NCBI GenBank assembly: GCA_035531615.1
Contig: DATKSQ010000093.1
Location: forward strand, 45,700-109,699
DNA from: Candidatus Binataceae bacterium
GTDB lineage: Bacteria; Desulfobacterota; Binatia; Binatales; Binataceae
DNA length: 64,000 nucleotides
Reading direction: 5' to 3'
Under the pieces are notes generated by a model. It worked only from the letters and a program-made list of their open reading frames with translations. It searched no databases and was not told where the DNA came from. The stretch's first letter is position 1. Each line of letters starts with the position of its first letter. This document shows positions 20,047 to 27,737 of this stretch, piece after piece. A program made the translations under genes and the position numbers.

Positions 20047-20316
20047 GTGAAGTTCGAGTGGGACGAAGCCAAGCACGCCAAGACCCTGCGCGAGCGCGGG
20101 ATTGGATTCGACGACGGCGCCCGAATCTTCGCGGGACCGGTCGTGATGTCGCAAGACACCCGCCGCAACTACGGCGAGGAGCGGTTGCGGGCCGTGGGCG
20201 AAAGTGAAGGCGACATTTTGCACGTCGTGTTCACCTGGCGCGGCGACACGGTGCGGATCATCTCGGTGCGGCGCGCCAGTCGAAAGGAAACCAAGCTATG
20301 GCTATCACGCGAATGA
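20047..20316 (+). CDS. brnT: BrnT-family (DUF497) ribonuclease toxin
   Basis: FEWDEAKHAKTLRERGIGFDDGARIF...GEERLRAVG...RIISVRRASRKE matches the BrnT pattern. GTG at 20047 gives the typical length of about 89 aa. Confidence 0.75.
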   Translation: MKFEWDEAKHAKTLRERGIGFDDGARIFAGPVVMSQDTRRNYGEERLRAVGESEGDILHVVFTWRGDTVRIISVRRASRKETKLWLSRE

Positions 20317-20651
20317 CGCTCGATGAAATCAAGGCGCGCCCGTCCAAGCGGGACCGCGCCAAGATCAAAGCGACGACCGAAGAGGATATTCGCCGGCATA
20401 TGATCGAGGACGGCGAAGACCCGGCCGCGGAACTGCGCGAGGAAGACATCCTCTCACCGTGGTATATCCGCAAGCGGCTAGGCATGTCTCAGCAGCAATT
20501 TGCCGATACGCTGGGCATCCCGGTCGCGACGTTGCGGAACTGGGAACAGAACCGGGTGATGATGGAACCCGCAACGATCGCGCTCATGCGCGTCTTGGCG
20601 CATGAACCCAAGGCCGCACTCCGCGCGCTCCGCCGCCGCCGCGCGGCCTAA
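20298..20651 (+). CDS. BrnA-like antitoxin with XRE-type HTH
   Basis: Overlaps the toxin 3' end by 19 nt. N-terminal BrnA-like segment (TEEDIRRHMIEDGEDP), then the HTH RLGMSQQQFADTLGIPVATLRNWEQNR. Confidence 0.65.
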   Translation: MAITRMTLDEIKARPSKRDRAKIKATTEEDIRRHMIEDGEDPAAELREEDILSPWYIRKRLGMSQQQFADTLGIPVATLRNWEQNRVMMEPATIALMRVLAHEPKAALRALRRRRAA

Positions 20652-20832
20652 CCCCATCACTTTCGACCAGCTTGCGCGTGGCACGGAAAACGTGAGGCCT
20701 ATCGTCAAATCTTCGGCCAGGGAAATCCGTCAAGCGCGCCGGCCGCGTCGATCTGGGCGGCGAGCAGAGGCGACCAGCGGAGGCCGGTTGTTCCGAGTTC
20801 AGAGCACGCAATCGTAAGCGTCCGCGTGGGCG

Positions 20833-20898
20833 CCCGGAATCCGGAGCCTGCCCTGAGAGTTAGCCGAAGGGACTCGCGCAACGCTCGCTCAGGATGAC
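20833..20898 (+). repeat. partial copy (right-hand modules) of the MITE family
   Basis: cccggaatccggagcctgccctgag...gccgaagggactcgcgcaacgctcgctcaggatgac aligns with the 3' part of 7119-7312. Confidence 0.65.
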
Positions 20899-21314
20899 GG
20901 CGGGGATGGCCGCAAGGGCACGCTGCCTCCCTAACCAGCGTTAGATTTTTTGCCAGATTTGTTCATGGCTGAACTGTTCAGCCTTATCGCCGTCTCTCGA
21001 CCCTGAGACAATGATCGCGTGGAAGCAACCCGCACACTATCCAGATCCGACTCGCCAGCCTGGTCAGTGGTGGCGGACGGCTCGTCCGCCTTCGCCTGGC
21101 TCCGATGCGATCCGCACCGGAGATCCGAACAGCGGCGGGCGACCGCGCCGCACGAAGTCCCCGCCTTCCACGAAATCTCCAGTGTTTCCAAGGGGTGTCG
21201 GTTCTGAACCGCCAGATTTTTTTTGGAACGAACCCATCGCAAAGGCCCGATATTCCAGAGTCAATGGCGCCCCGTTGCCCATCTCACTTCGCCTATTAAT
21301 CGATCGCGACAAAG

Positions 21315-21354
21315 TTCCCCTTCCCGTGCGGGAAGGGGTAGGGGTTAGGTCGAT
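21315..21354 (+). repeat. 40-bp hairpin repeat (ccccttcccgtgcgggaagggg core)
   Basis: Reverse complement of 31247-31286 with a single mismatch. The core is a 9-bp stem hairpin. Confidence 0.8.
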
Positions 21355-21382
21355 TCTTAGCGCGCAAGCCGAAGAGTCGCCT

Positions 21383-22678
21383 CTACTTGCTGGCGGATTG
21401 TGCGACCGCCGAGGTTCCCGCGCTCGCGCGGCTGGGCGTGAAGCGCACCGGCATGTGCTTGATTCCCGCCACGAAGTTCGAGCGCAGCCGCTCGACCGGT
21501 CCCGCGAGTTCGAGGTCGGGCATCCGCCGGTTGATCGCTTCGATCATCACCTTGAGCTCGATACGCGCCAGATTCGCGCCGAGGCAGAAATGCTCGCCGT
21601 GACCGAAGGCCAGGTGATCGTTGGGCGTGCGCGCGAGATCGAACGCGTCGGGATCGCGGAATATCGTTTCGTCGCGATTGGCCGACGCGTTCCAGATCAC
21701 GACGCGTTCTCCCTGCTTGATCTTGTGCCCGCGCAGCTCGCCGTCTTTCTTCGCGGTGCGCAGAATATGCGTCACCGGGCTCGTGAAGCGCAGGAACTCC
21801 TCGATCGCGGTGGGAGTGATGTCGGGATTACGCCGCAGCAACGCGCGCTGCGCGGGACTCTCGAGCAGCGCCTGCATCCCGGCAGAGGTCGCGTTGCGGG
21901 TCGTCTCCTGGCCGGCGACCAGGAGCAGCAGGCAATTGAACAGAATCTCCATGTCGCTCAGGCGCTCGCCCTCGGCCTCGCCGTGCACCAGCGCGGTCAG
22001 GAGATCTTCGCCGGGATTTTTGCGGCGCTGTTCGATCAGCTTCGAGAAGAACTCGAAGAATTGCGCCTGCGCGTACTGCCCGGTCTCCATCGCGCTGCGG
22101 CCCTGCTGATATTCCGGATCGTCGAAGCCGATCGACATGTTGGCGAGCGTGAACATCAGCTCGTAATGCTCGCGATCGACGCCCATCATTTCGCAGATCA
22201 CGGCGGTCGGAAGTTTCGCGGCGACGTCCACCACGAAATCGCATTCGCCGCGCTCGATGATCGTGTCGATAATATCTTCGGCCCGCGCCCGGATCTGCGC
22301 CGCGTAGGGCGCCAGCGCCTTCGGGGTGAAGCGCCGGTTGACGATCTGGCGCAGCTTGCCGTGGCGCGGCGGGTCGGTCGTCAGCAGCATCATTCCAAAC
22401 GCCGACTGGCTGCCGGCCTCGGCGTTGAAGTTGAACTGGAGCGACATCCCGAATTCCGAGCTGTAAGTGTACGGGTCGTGATAGACCTTGAGCGCGTCTT
22501 CGTAACGCGTGACGCACCAGAAGCCCTGGCCGGGAGCGCGCTCATGCCAATAGACGGGAGCCTCGTTGCGCATGATCCGGAAGGCTTCGAGATGCTCTCC
22601 GCGCACGAACATCTCGGGGTTCATAAGATCGATGTCGTCAAGTTTCATGGCGTGGTCTCCGGTCCCGGACTCGCGCAT
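21383..22678 (-). CDS. cytochrome P450
   Basis: Heme-thiolate motif FGHGEHFCLGANLAR, EFLR (ExxR), and the I-helix LLLVAGQETT. Confidence 0.9.
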   Translation of the reverse strand: MRESGTGDHAMKLDDIDLMNPEMFVRGEHLEAFRIMRNEAPVYWHERAPGQGFWCVTRYEDALKVYHDPYTYSSEFGMSLQFNFNAEAGSQSAFGMMLLTTDPPRHGKLRQIVNRRFTPKALAPYAAQIRARAEDIIDTIIERGECDFVVDVAAKLPTAVICEMMGVDREHYELMFTLANMSIGFDDPEYQQGRSAMETGQYAQAQFFEFFSKLIEQRRKNPGEDLLTALVHGEAEGERLSDMEILFNCLLLLVAGQETTRNATSAGMQALLESPAQRALLRRNPDITPTAIEEFLRFTSPVTHILRTAKKDGELRGHKIKQGERVVIWNASANRDETIFRDPDAFDLARTPNDHLAFGHGEHFCLGANLARIELKVMIEAINRRMPDLELAGPVERLRSNFVAGIKHMPVRFTPSRASAGTSAVAQSASK

Positions 22679-22756
22679 TGGGACGATCGGAATTGTAGGA
22701 AACTATCCTCGCTGATACTAACGGCCACGGCGCCGGAATTCTCAGCCCAATGCGCC

Positions 22757-23968
22757 TCAGCCCTTGGGCAGCTTGAGCACGCGCTCGCCGATGATGTTGT
22801 GCTGGATCTCGTTCGAGCCCGCCGCGATCGTGAACCCGCGCGCGGCCAGGGTGCGATGCGCCCACTTGCCGTGCTCGACCGCGCCGAGGCCGCCTTCGAG
22901 CGCGCCGTACGCGCCCAGCATTTCATCGGCGAACATCGTGACCCGCAGGTTCAGATCGGACGAGAACAGCTTTCCGAACGAGCTTTCGGCGCCCGGGACC
23001 TTTCCGCGCAGTTGCGCGCTCAGCGAGCGATAGCGGATGAGCCGCAGGCATCGTGCTTCGCTCGTGAACTGCGCCAGGCGCTGGCGAATGTACGAATGCT
23101 CGCGCGCGGGCACGCCCTCGAAATCGATCTGCATAGCCAGCTCGACCAGCTCATTGATCGTCCGTTCGACGGGATGGCGCGTGCCGCCGGAAACTCGCTC
23201 GTACATCAAGGTGGCGATCGAAACCTGCCAACCCTGATTTATCTCGCCGACCAGATTTTCCTTGGGAACTTTGACGCTGTCGTAAAATACTTCGTTGAAG
23301 CCCGACTCGCCGGTTATCTGGACCAGCGGACGAACCGTGAGCCCGGGCGAGTGCATATCGACCAGCAGGTACGAGATTCCCTTGTGCTTGGGCGCGGCCG
23401 GATCGGTGCGCACCAGCAGCACCTGCCAGTCTGCGCGATGCGCGAGGCTGGTCCATACCTTCTGCCCGGTGACGACGAAGTTGTCGCCCTCGAGCACGGC
23501 GCGGGTCTGCAATCCCGCCAGGTCCGAGCCCGCGTTGGGCTCCGAGTATCCCTGGCACCAGATTTCCTCGCCGGTGAGCATCTTGGGCAGATAGCGCTTG
23601 CGCTGCGCCTCGGTGCCCATCTGCGCGATGGTTGGACCGATCCGATCGAGTGCGAGCTGATTGCATCCATAGAGCGGCAGACCCAGGCGCAGCGCTTCGT
23701 CCTGATAGATCGACTGCTCGATGATGCCGGCGCCCGTGCCGCCCCACTCGATCGGCCAGTGCAGGGCGGCGTATCCGGCCTGGTAGAGGCGGCGATGATA
23801 CTCGCGCAACTTGTTCCATTGCGCGTCGTCGCGTACGTCGAGGAGGCTCGCGGTCGCGCTGCCAGCGGCATCGCCGCCGCGGCCGTAAATTTCCGTCGAG
23901 GCATTTTCGAGCCACGCGCGCACTTTGGCGCGAAAGGCTTCTTGCTCTGGCGTATAGCTGAAGTCCAT
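22757..23968 (-). CDS. acyl-CoA dehydrogenase
   Basis: MDFSYTPEQEAFRAKVRAWL N-terminus, YSEPNAGSDLAG motif, and a C-terminal IAAGSNEIQHNIIGERVL. The track start at 24040 is an extension. Confidence 0.85.
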   Translation of the reverse strand: MDFSYTPEQEAFRAKVRAWLENASTEIYGRGGDAAGSATASLLDVRDDAQWNKLREYHRRLYQAGYAALHWPIEWGGTGAGIIEQSIYQDEALRLGLPLYGCNQLALDRIGPTIAQMGTEAQRKRYLPKMLTGEEIWCQGYSEPNAGSDLAGLQTRAVLEGDNFVVTGQKVWTSLAHRADWQVLLVRTDPAAPKHKGISYLLVDMHSPGLTVRPLVQITGESGFNEVFYDSVKVPKENLVGEINQGWQVSIATLMYERVSGGTRHPVERTINELVELAMQIDFEGVPAREHSYIRQRLAQFTSEARCLRLIRYRSLSAQLRGKVPGAESSFGKLFSSDLNLRVTMFADEMLGAYGALEGGLGAVEHGKWAHRTLAARGFTIAAGSNEIQHNIIGERVLKLPKG

Positions 23969-24041
23969 CGCTTTCCTCGCGACGCGAGTATAGCGCCGGT
24001 CTGGCTCAATTTTGAAACCGCGCGGCTCGTGAAAAAACAAT

Positions 24042-24096
24042 CCACAGATTACACAGATTTCACGGATTTAATCTCTTCAATCTGTGCAATCTGTGG
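24042..24096. repeat. inverted-repeat hairpin element (ccacagattacacagatt / aatctgtgcaatctgtgg)
   Basis: 18-bp arms with one mismatch. Sits between the SDR stop and the ACAD start. Confidence 0.7.
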
Positions 24097-24114
24097 ACGC
24101 ATTCATCTTTGTTT

Positions 24115-24960
24115 CTACTTCTCGAACGACGGACCGCTGAAGCCTTGCGCGGGCAGCGCGGTCTGCTGGCGCGGAGCGCCTGACGACTCGAAGAACTGGC
24201 TCCCTATCGTCAGCCCTCCATCGACGACCATCGCCTGCCCCGTTATCCACTGCGAGTCGTCGCTGGCCAGGAACAGCGCCATGTTCGCGATATCCTCGGG
24301 ATGGCCGGCGCGCTGGATCGGCTGCCCATGCGCCATCCATTGCTCCATCGCATCTTTGACGCCGGGCTGGTTGCGATGCAGGATCGGCGTGTTGATTCCG
24401 CCGGGGCAGATGCAGTTTACGCGAATCTTGTCCTTGGCGAATTCCAGCGCCGCCGAGCGGGTAAGATTGACCACCCCGGCTTTCGCCGCGCAGTACGCGT
24501 GCAATCCCGCGAAGCCGCGGATTCCGGCCACCGACGCGGTCGAGATGATCGATCCGCCGCCCGCTTTGCGCATTTCGGGCACCGCGTGCTTCATGCCGAG
24601 AAACACCGAGCGCATCAGCACGGAGAAGCTCTTGTCCCAGTCCTCGACGCTGATTTGTTCGAGCGGGCCGATCGCGCCGCCGATTCCGGCGTTGTTGTAG
24701 ATGATATCCAGGCGGCCAAATTCTTTGACCGCGCGCGCGACCAGAGCTTTGATCTCCGCTTCGCCCGATACATCGGCTTTTTGAAAAATCGCGCGGCCGC
24801 CGTTTTCCTTGCAGTCGCGCACCGCGGCCTCGCCGCCTTCGGCATTCAGATCCGCGATCACCACGGCTGCCCCTTCGCCCGCGAAACGGATCGCGGTGCC
24901 GCGTCCGATGCCGCTAGCCGCGCCGGTGATGATCGCAACTTTTCCATCGAGTCTGCCCAT
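24115..24960 (-). CDS. SDR family short-chain dehydrogenase/reductase
   Basis: TGAASGIGRG cofactor motif, NNAG, and the catalytic YCAAKAG (YxxxK). Confidence 0.85.
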   Translation of the reverse strand: MGRLDGKVAIITGAASGIGRGTAIRFAGEGAAVVIADLNAEGGEAAVRDCKENGGRAIFQKADVSGEAEIKALVARAVKEFGRLDIIYNNAGIGGAIGPLEQISVEDWDKSFSVLMRSVFLGMKHAVPEMRKAGGGSIISTASVAGIRGFAGLHAYCAAKAGVVNLTRSAALEFAKDKIRVNCICPGGINTPILHRNQPGVKDAMEQWMAHGQPIQRAGHPEDIANMALFLASDDSQWITGQAMVVDGGLTIGSQFFESSGAPRQQTALPAQGFSGPSFEK

Positions 24961-25041
24961 GACGATTACCTCACGTGCTCAATAGCAAGCATCGGCGCCT
25001 CTGTGGAAGCGCGCAGCGGAAGGGGAAAAAAGAGCGGCCGG

Positions 25042-25120
25042 CCACCAAGGCACGAAGGCACAAAGAGGGAAATTCCGGAGAACATCTCCGCTTATCCTTC
25101 GTGTCTTTGTGTCTTGGTGG
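25042..25120. repeat. imperfect inverted repeat built of GGCACRAAG-type units
   Basis: ccaccaaggcacgaaggcacaaag ... ctttgtgtcttggtgg. About 20 of 25 positions pair. Confidence 0.55.
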
Positions 25121-25283
25121 CAGATTGGAGCTGAATCGCGATGCTATAATTCCGACCGCGATGCCGAACGATGATGACGCGGGGCGGGGTGGCCCGACCG
25201 GGCCGCGCTGCGCCTCACTGGTTGAATATCCGCCCGAAGCCGCGCCGCTGGCTGCCCTCGAACTGACGGCGCAGGATGCGCCG

Positions 25284-27284
25284 GTGGCGGGCGACGACCC
25301 GGTCGAGCGCAAGCTTGCGATCACGCCGCCCGCGCCTGGCGTCTATCTGCTTAAAGACCGCGCGGGCAAAGTCCTCTACGTCGGCAAGGCCAAGTCGCTG
25401 CGCGCCCGCGTCCGATCGTACTTCCGCCCGGCGCGCGAGGGCGAAGCTGGCGACGGCCGCTATCAGGTGCGTTTCCTGATGCGCAAAGTTCGCGACTTCG
25501 ACACGATCGTCACCGCCAGCGAGAAAGAGGCGCTGATCCTCGAAAACAATCTGATCAAGCAGTACAAGCCCCGCTACAACATCCGTCTCAAGGACGACAA
25601 ATCCTACCTGAGCGCCAAGGTCACCAAACATGCGTGGCCGCGAATCACGGTGACGCGGCGGATCGTTAAAGATGGCGGGCGCTATTTTGGCCCGTTCGGA
25701 TCGGCCGACGGATTGCGCGAAACGATCGACGTGATCCGAAAGCTGTTCCCGCTGCGCACCTGCTCCGACGGCGTGTTCCGCAACCGCACGCGTCCGTGCC
25801 TCGAATATCAGATCAAGCGATGCCTTGGGCCGTGCTGCCTCGAAGTCGATCGCGCCGAGTACGAGCGCCATCTGCACGCCGCCGAGTTGCTGCTCGAAGG
25901 GCGCAACCTCGAGCTCTTGCGCGAGATGCGCGAGCAGATGAAGGCGCACGCCTCGCGCCTGGAATTCGAGGACGCGGCGCGGCTACGCGACCGGGTCAAG
26001 GCGATCGAAAAGACCGTCGAGCGCCAGACCGTGCTGCATCACATGGGGATCGATCAGGATGTCTTCGGGCTTTACCGCGAGGGCGGCGCGATCGAGGCGA
26101 TCGTGCTGATCGTGCGCGGCGGGAAGCTGACCAGCACGCAAGGCTGGAGTTTCCAGGACCTCGAGTTCTCCGACCACGAAGTGCTGTCCGATCTGCTGAC
26201 CCAGTATTACCAGGGCGCGCGCGCGATCCCGGACGAAATCGTGACGCCGGTGGAACTCGAAGACGCCGCGGTGCGCGCCGAACTGCTGACCGAGCGGCGC
26301 GGCAAGAAGGCCGAGTTCCTCGTACCGCAACGCGGCGATAAACTGCGCCTGCTCGAAATGGCGCTCGAGAACGCGCGCCAGAGCTTCGCCGCGCGCCGCG
26401 ACAAGGAGCAGACGCGCGAGAAGATGCTCGAAGACCTGCGCACGCGGCTGCATCTCAAGAATTCTCCGAAGCGAATCGAATGCTACGACATCTCCAATCT
26501 GCAAGGCTCGATGGTGGTCGGATCGCAGGTCACCTTCGACGAGGGCGAGCCCCTCAAGGCGCAGTACCGGCGCTACCGGATCCGCGGTTTCGAGGGGCAG
26601 GACGATTTCGCGAGCCTCTACGAGGTTCTCGGCCGGCGCGTCGTGCGTGCCAGGCAGGAGAATCAATTTCCCGATCTATGGGTGATAGATGGCGGCAAGG
26701 GCCAGCTCAACGTCGCGCTGCAAGTGCTGCGCGAAAACCAGTTGCTTGAACAGATCGATTGCATCTCGCTAGCCAAGCAGCACGTCCTTCAGCCTGCACT
26801 GAGCGCCCGTTACGCCAAGGAAGTCAGCAAATCCCAAGAGCGCGTGTTCCTGCCGGGCCGCAAAGATCCGATCGTGCTGCCGAAGAACTCGACCGCGCTG
26901 TTCTTGCTGGTCCGCGTCCGCGACGAGGCGCATCGCTTCGCGATTACCTACAACCGCGAGCTGCGGCGCCGCGCGCGGATGCGCTCGGTGCTCGACGATA
27001 TAGAAGGGATCGGCCCGGTGCGGCGCCGCGCGATGCTGCGCCATTTCGGCAGCTTGAAGCGCATTCAGGAGGCATCGATCGAGGAGATCGCGCAGGTCAA
27101 AGGAATCAACCTAGAACTCGCCGCCGAAATCCGCCGCCACCTGGACGCGATGGCCTCGATAATCGACCGCGCAATGCAAGAAGAAGCAACCGACGCCGCC
27201 GCCGAAAACACCCGCGACAATGCGATCGCCGCGCAACCATCCTCGCCGCAACCGCCCCGAGCCGAAGACGAGATTGTACGCTAA
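25284..27284 (+). CDS. uvrC: excinuclease ABC subunit C
   Basis: GIY-YIG PGVYLLKDRAGKVLYVGKAKSLRARVRSYF, UvrBC-interaction and RNase-H-like regions, C-terminal (HhH)2. GTG 25284 with AGGA 7 nt upstream gives a normal N-terminal length. ATG 25161 is an alternative start. Confidence 0.9.
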   Translation: MAGDDPVERKLAITPPAPGVYLLKDRAGKVLYVGKAKSLRARVRSYFRPAREGEAGDGRYQVRFLMRKVRDFDTIVTASEKEALILENNLIKQYKPRYNIRLKDDKSYLSAKVTKHAWPRITVTRRIVKDGGRYFGPFGSADGLRETIDVIRKLFPLRTCSDGVFRNRTRPCLEYQIKRCLGPCCLEVDRAEYERHLHAAELLLEGRNLELLREMREQMKAHASRLEFEDAARLRDRVKAIEKTVERQTVLHHMGIDQDVFGLYREGGAIEAIVLIVRGGKLTSTQGWSFQDLEFSDHEVLSDLLTQYYQGARAIPDEIVTPVELEDAAVRAELLTERRGKKAEFLVPQRGDKLRLLEMALENARQSFAARRDKEQTREKMLEDLRTRLHLKNSPKRIECYDISNLQGSMVVGSQVTFDEGEPLKAQYRRYRIRGFEGQDDFASLYEVLGRRVVRARQENQFPDLWVIDGGKGQLNVALQVLRENQLLEQIDCISLAKQHVLQPALSARYAKEVSKSQERVFLPGRKDPIVLPKNSTALFLLVRVRDEAHRFAITYNRELRRRARMRSVLDDIEGIGPVRRRAMLRHFGSLKRIQEASIEEIAQVKGINLELAAEIRRHLDAMASIIDRAMQEEATDAAAENTRDNAIAAQPSSPQPPRAEDEIVR

Positions 27285-27327
27285 GGACATCCCGGCTCCT
27301 TCGATCGCGCCCTCGCCGCCGCGCGCG
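27282..27327 (+). repeat. direct repeat Ra, left copy (starts with the uvrC TAA stop)
   Basis: taaggacatcccggctccttcgatcgcgccctcgccgccgcgcgcg aligns with 31188-31231. Confidence 0.7.
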
Positions 27328-27515
27328 TATTTCTGATCCTCTCCCGACGCTCGGGACAGGTCGCGCCCCTTCGACACCGCTCAGGGCAGGCTCCGCGCGG
27401 GTGAGGGACCGACAGCAAGGAATTCCGGATCGCTTCCAGCACTCCGCCAAGCTTGCTCAGCGCGTCACGAATGCGAACGCGCTCGGGTGTGGAGCGAGCG
27501 GGCGTGAGCAGTCCG

Positions 27516-27654
27516 TCGCGGCGCGGCCATCCGGAATCTCACTCTGGCGGTCCCTCACCCTCGCGTCACGGCGATTGCTGAAAAGAGCAATCGCCGCGCC
27601 ACGCTCCCTCTCCCAAATTCTTTTGGGAGAGGGACAATCAAAAATCGCGCGCGC
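27516..27654 (+). repeat. direct repeat Rb, left copy (about 137 bp, two internal hairpins)
   Basis: Matches 31323-31458 with roughly half a dozen differences by eye. Contains the hairpins cggcgattgct-gaaaag-agcaatcgccg and tccctctccca...tgggagaggga. Confidence 0.85.
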
Positions 27655-27737
27655 GCAGCGGTATTCAGTTCACCCCCGGGCTCCGCTAGAGTAACGCAAC
27701 CGAAGAGGGGCGGCGCATCGCGCGCAACTGATCGCAC

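Noticed and set aside
20931-21312. Minus-strand ORFs of 103 and 82 aa in the gap next to the TA module
   Set aside because: They have no motifs, no SD and frame-breaking stops. They are kept only as part of the unexplained-gap finding.
21011-24700. 1229-aa ORF on the plus strand
   Set aside because: It runs antisense through three well-supported minus-strand genes (P450, ACAD, SDR). It has low-complexity Arg/Ala/Gly-rich composition and no motifs. This is a typical high-GC shadow ORF.
24975-25283. N-terminal extension of uvrC, with similar extensions of yebC (15877), MTAP (44209), the pfkB-family gene (45095), pyrC (56635), carA (58128), ACAD (24040) and the propeller gene (35730)
   Set aside because: Conserved N-terminal sequences begin at internal start codons. 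Several of these create ATGA/TGATG coupling with the upstream gene. The extensions overlap upstream genes or repeats.
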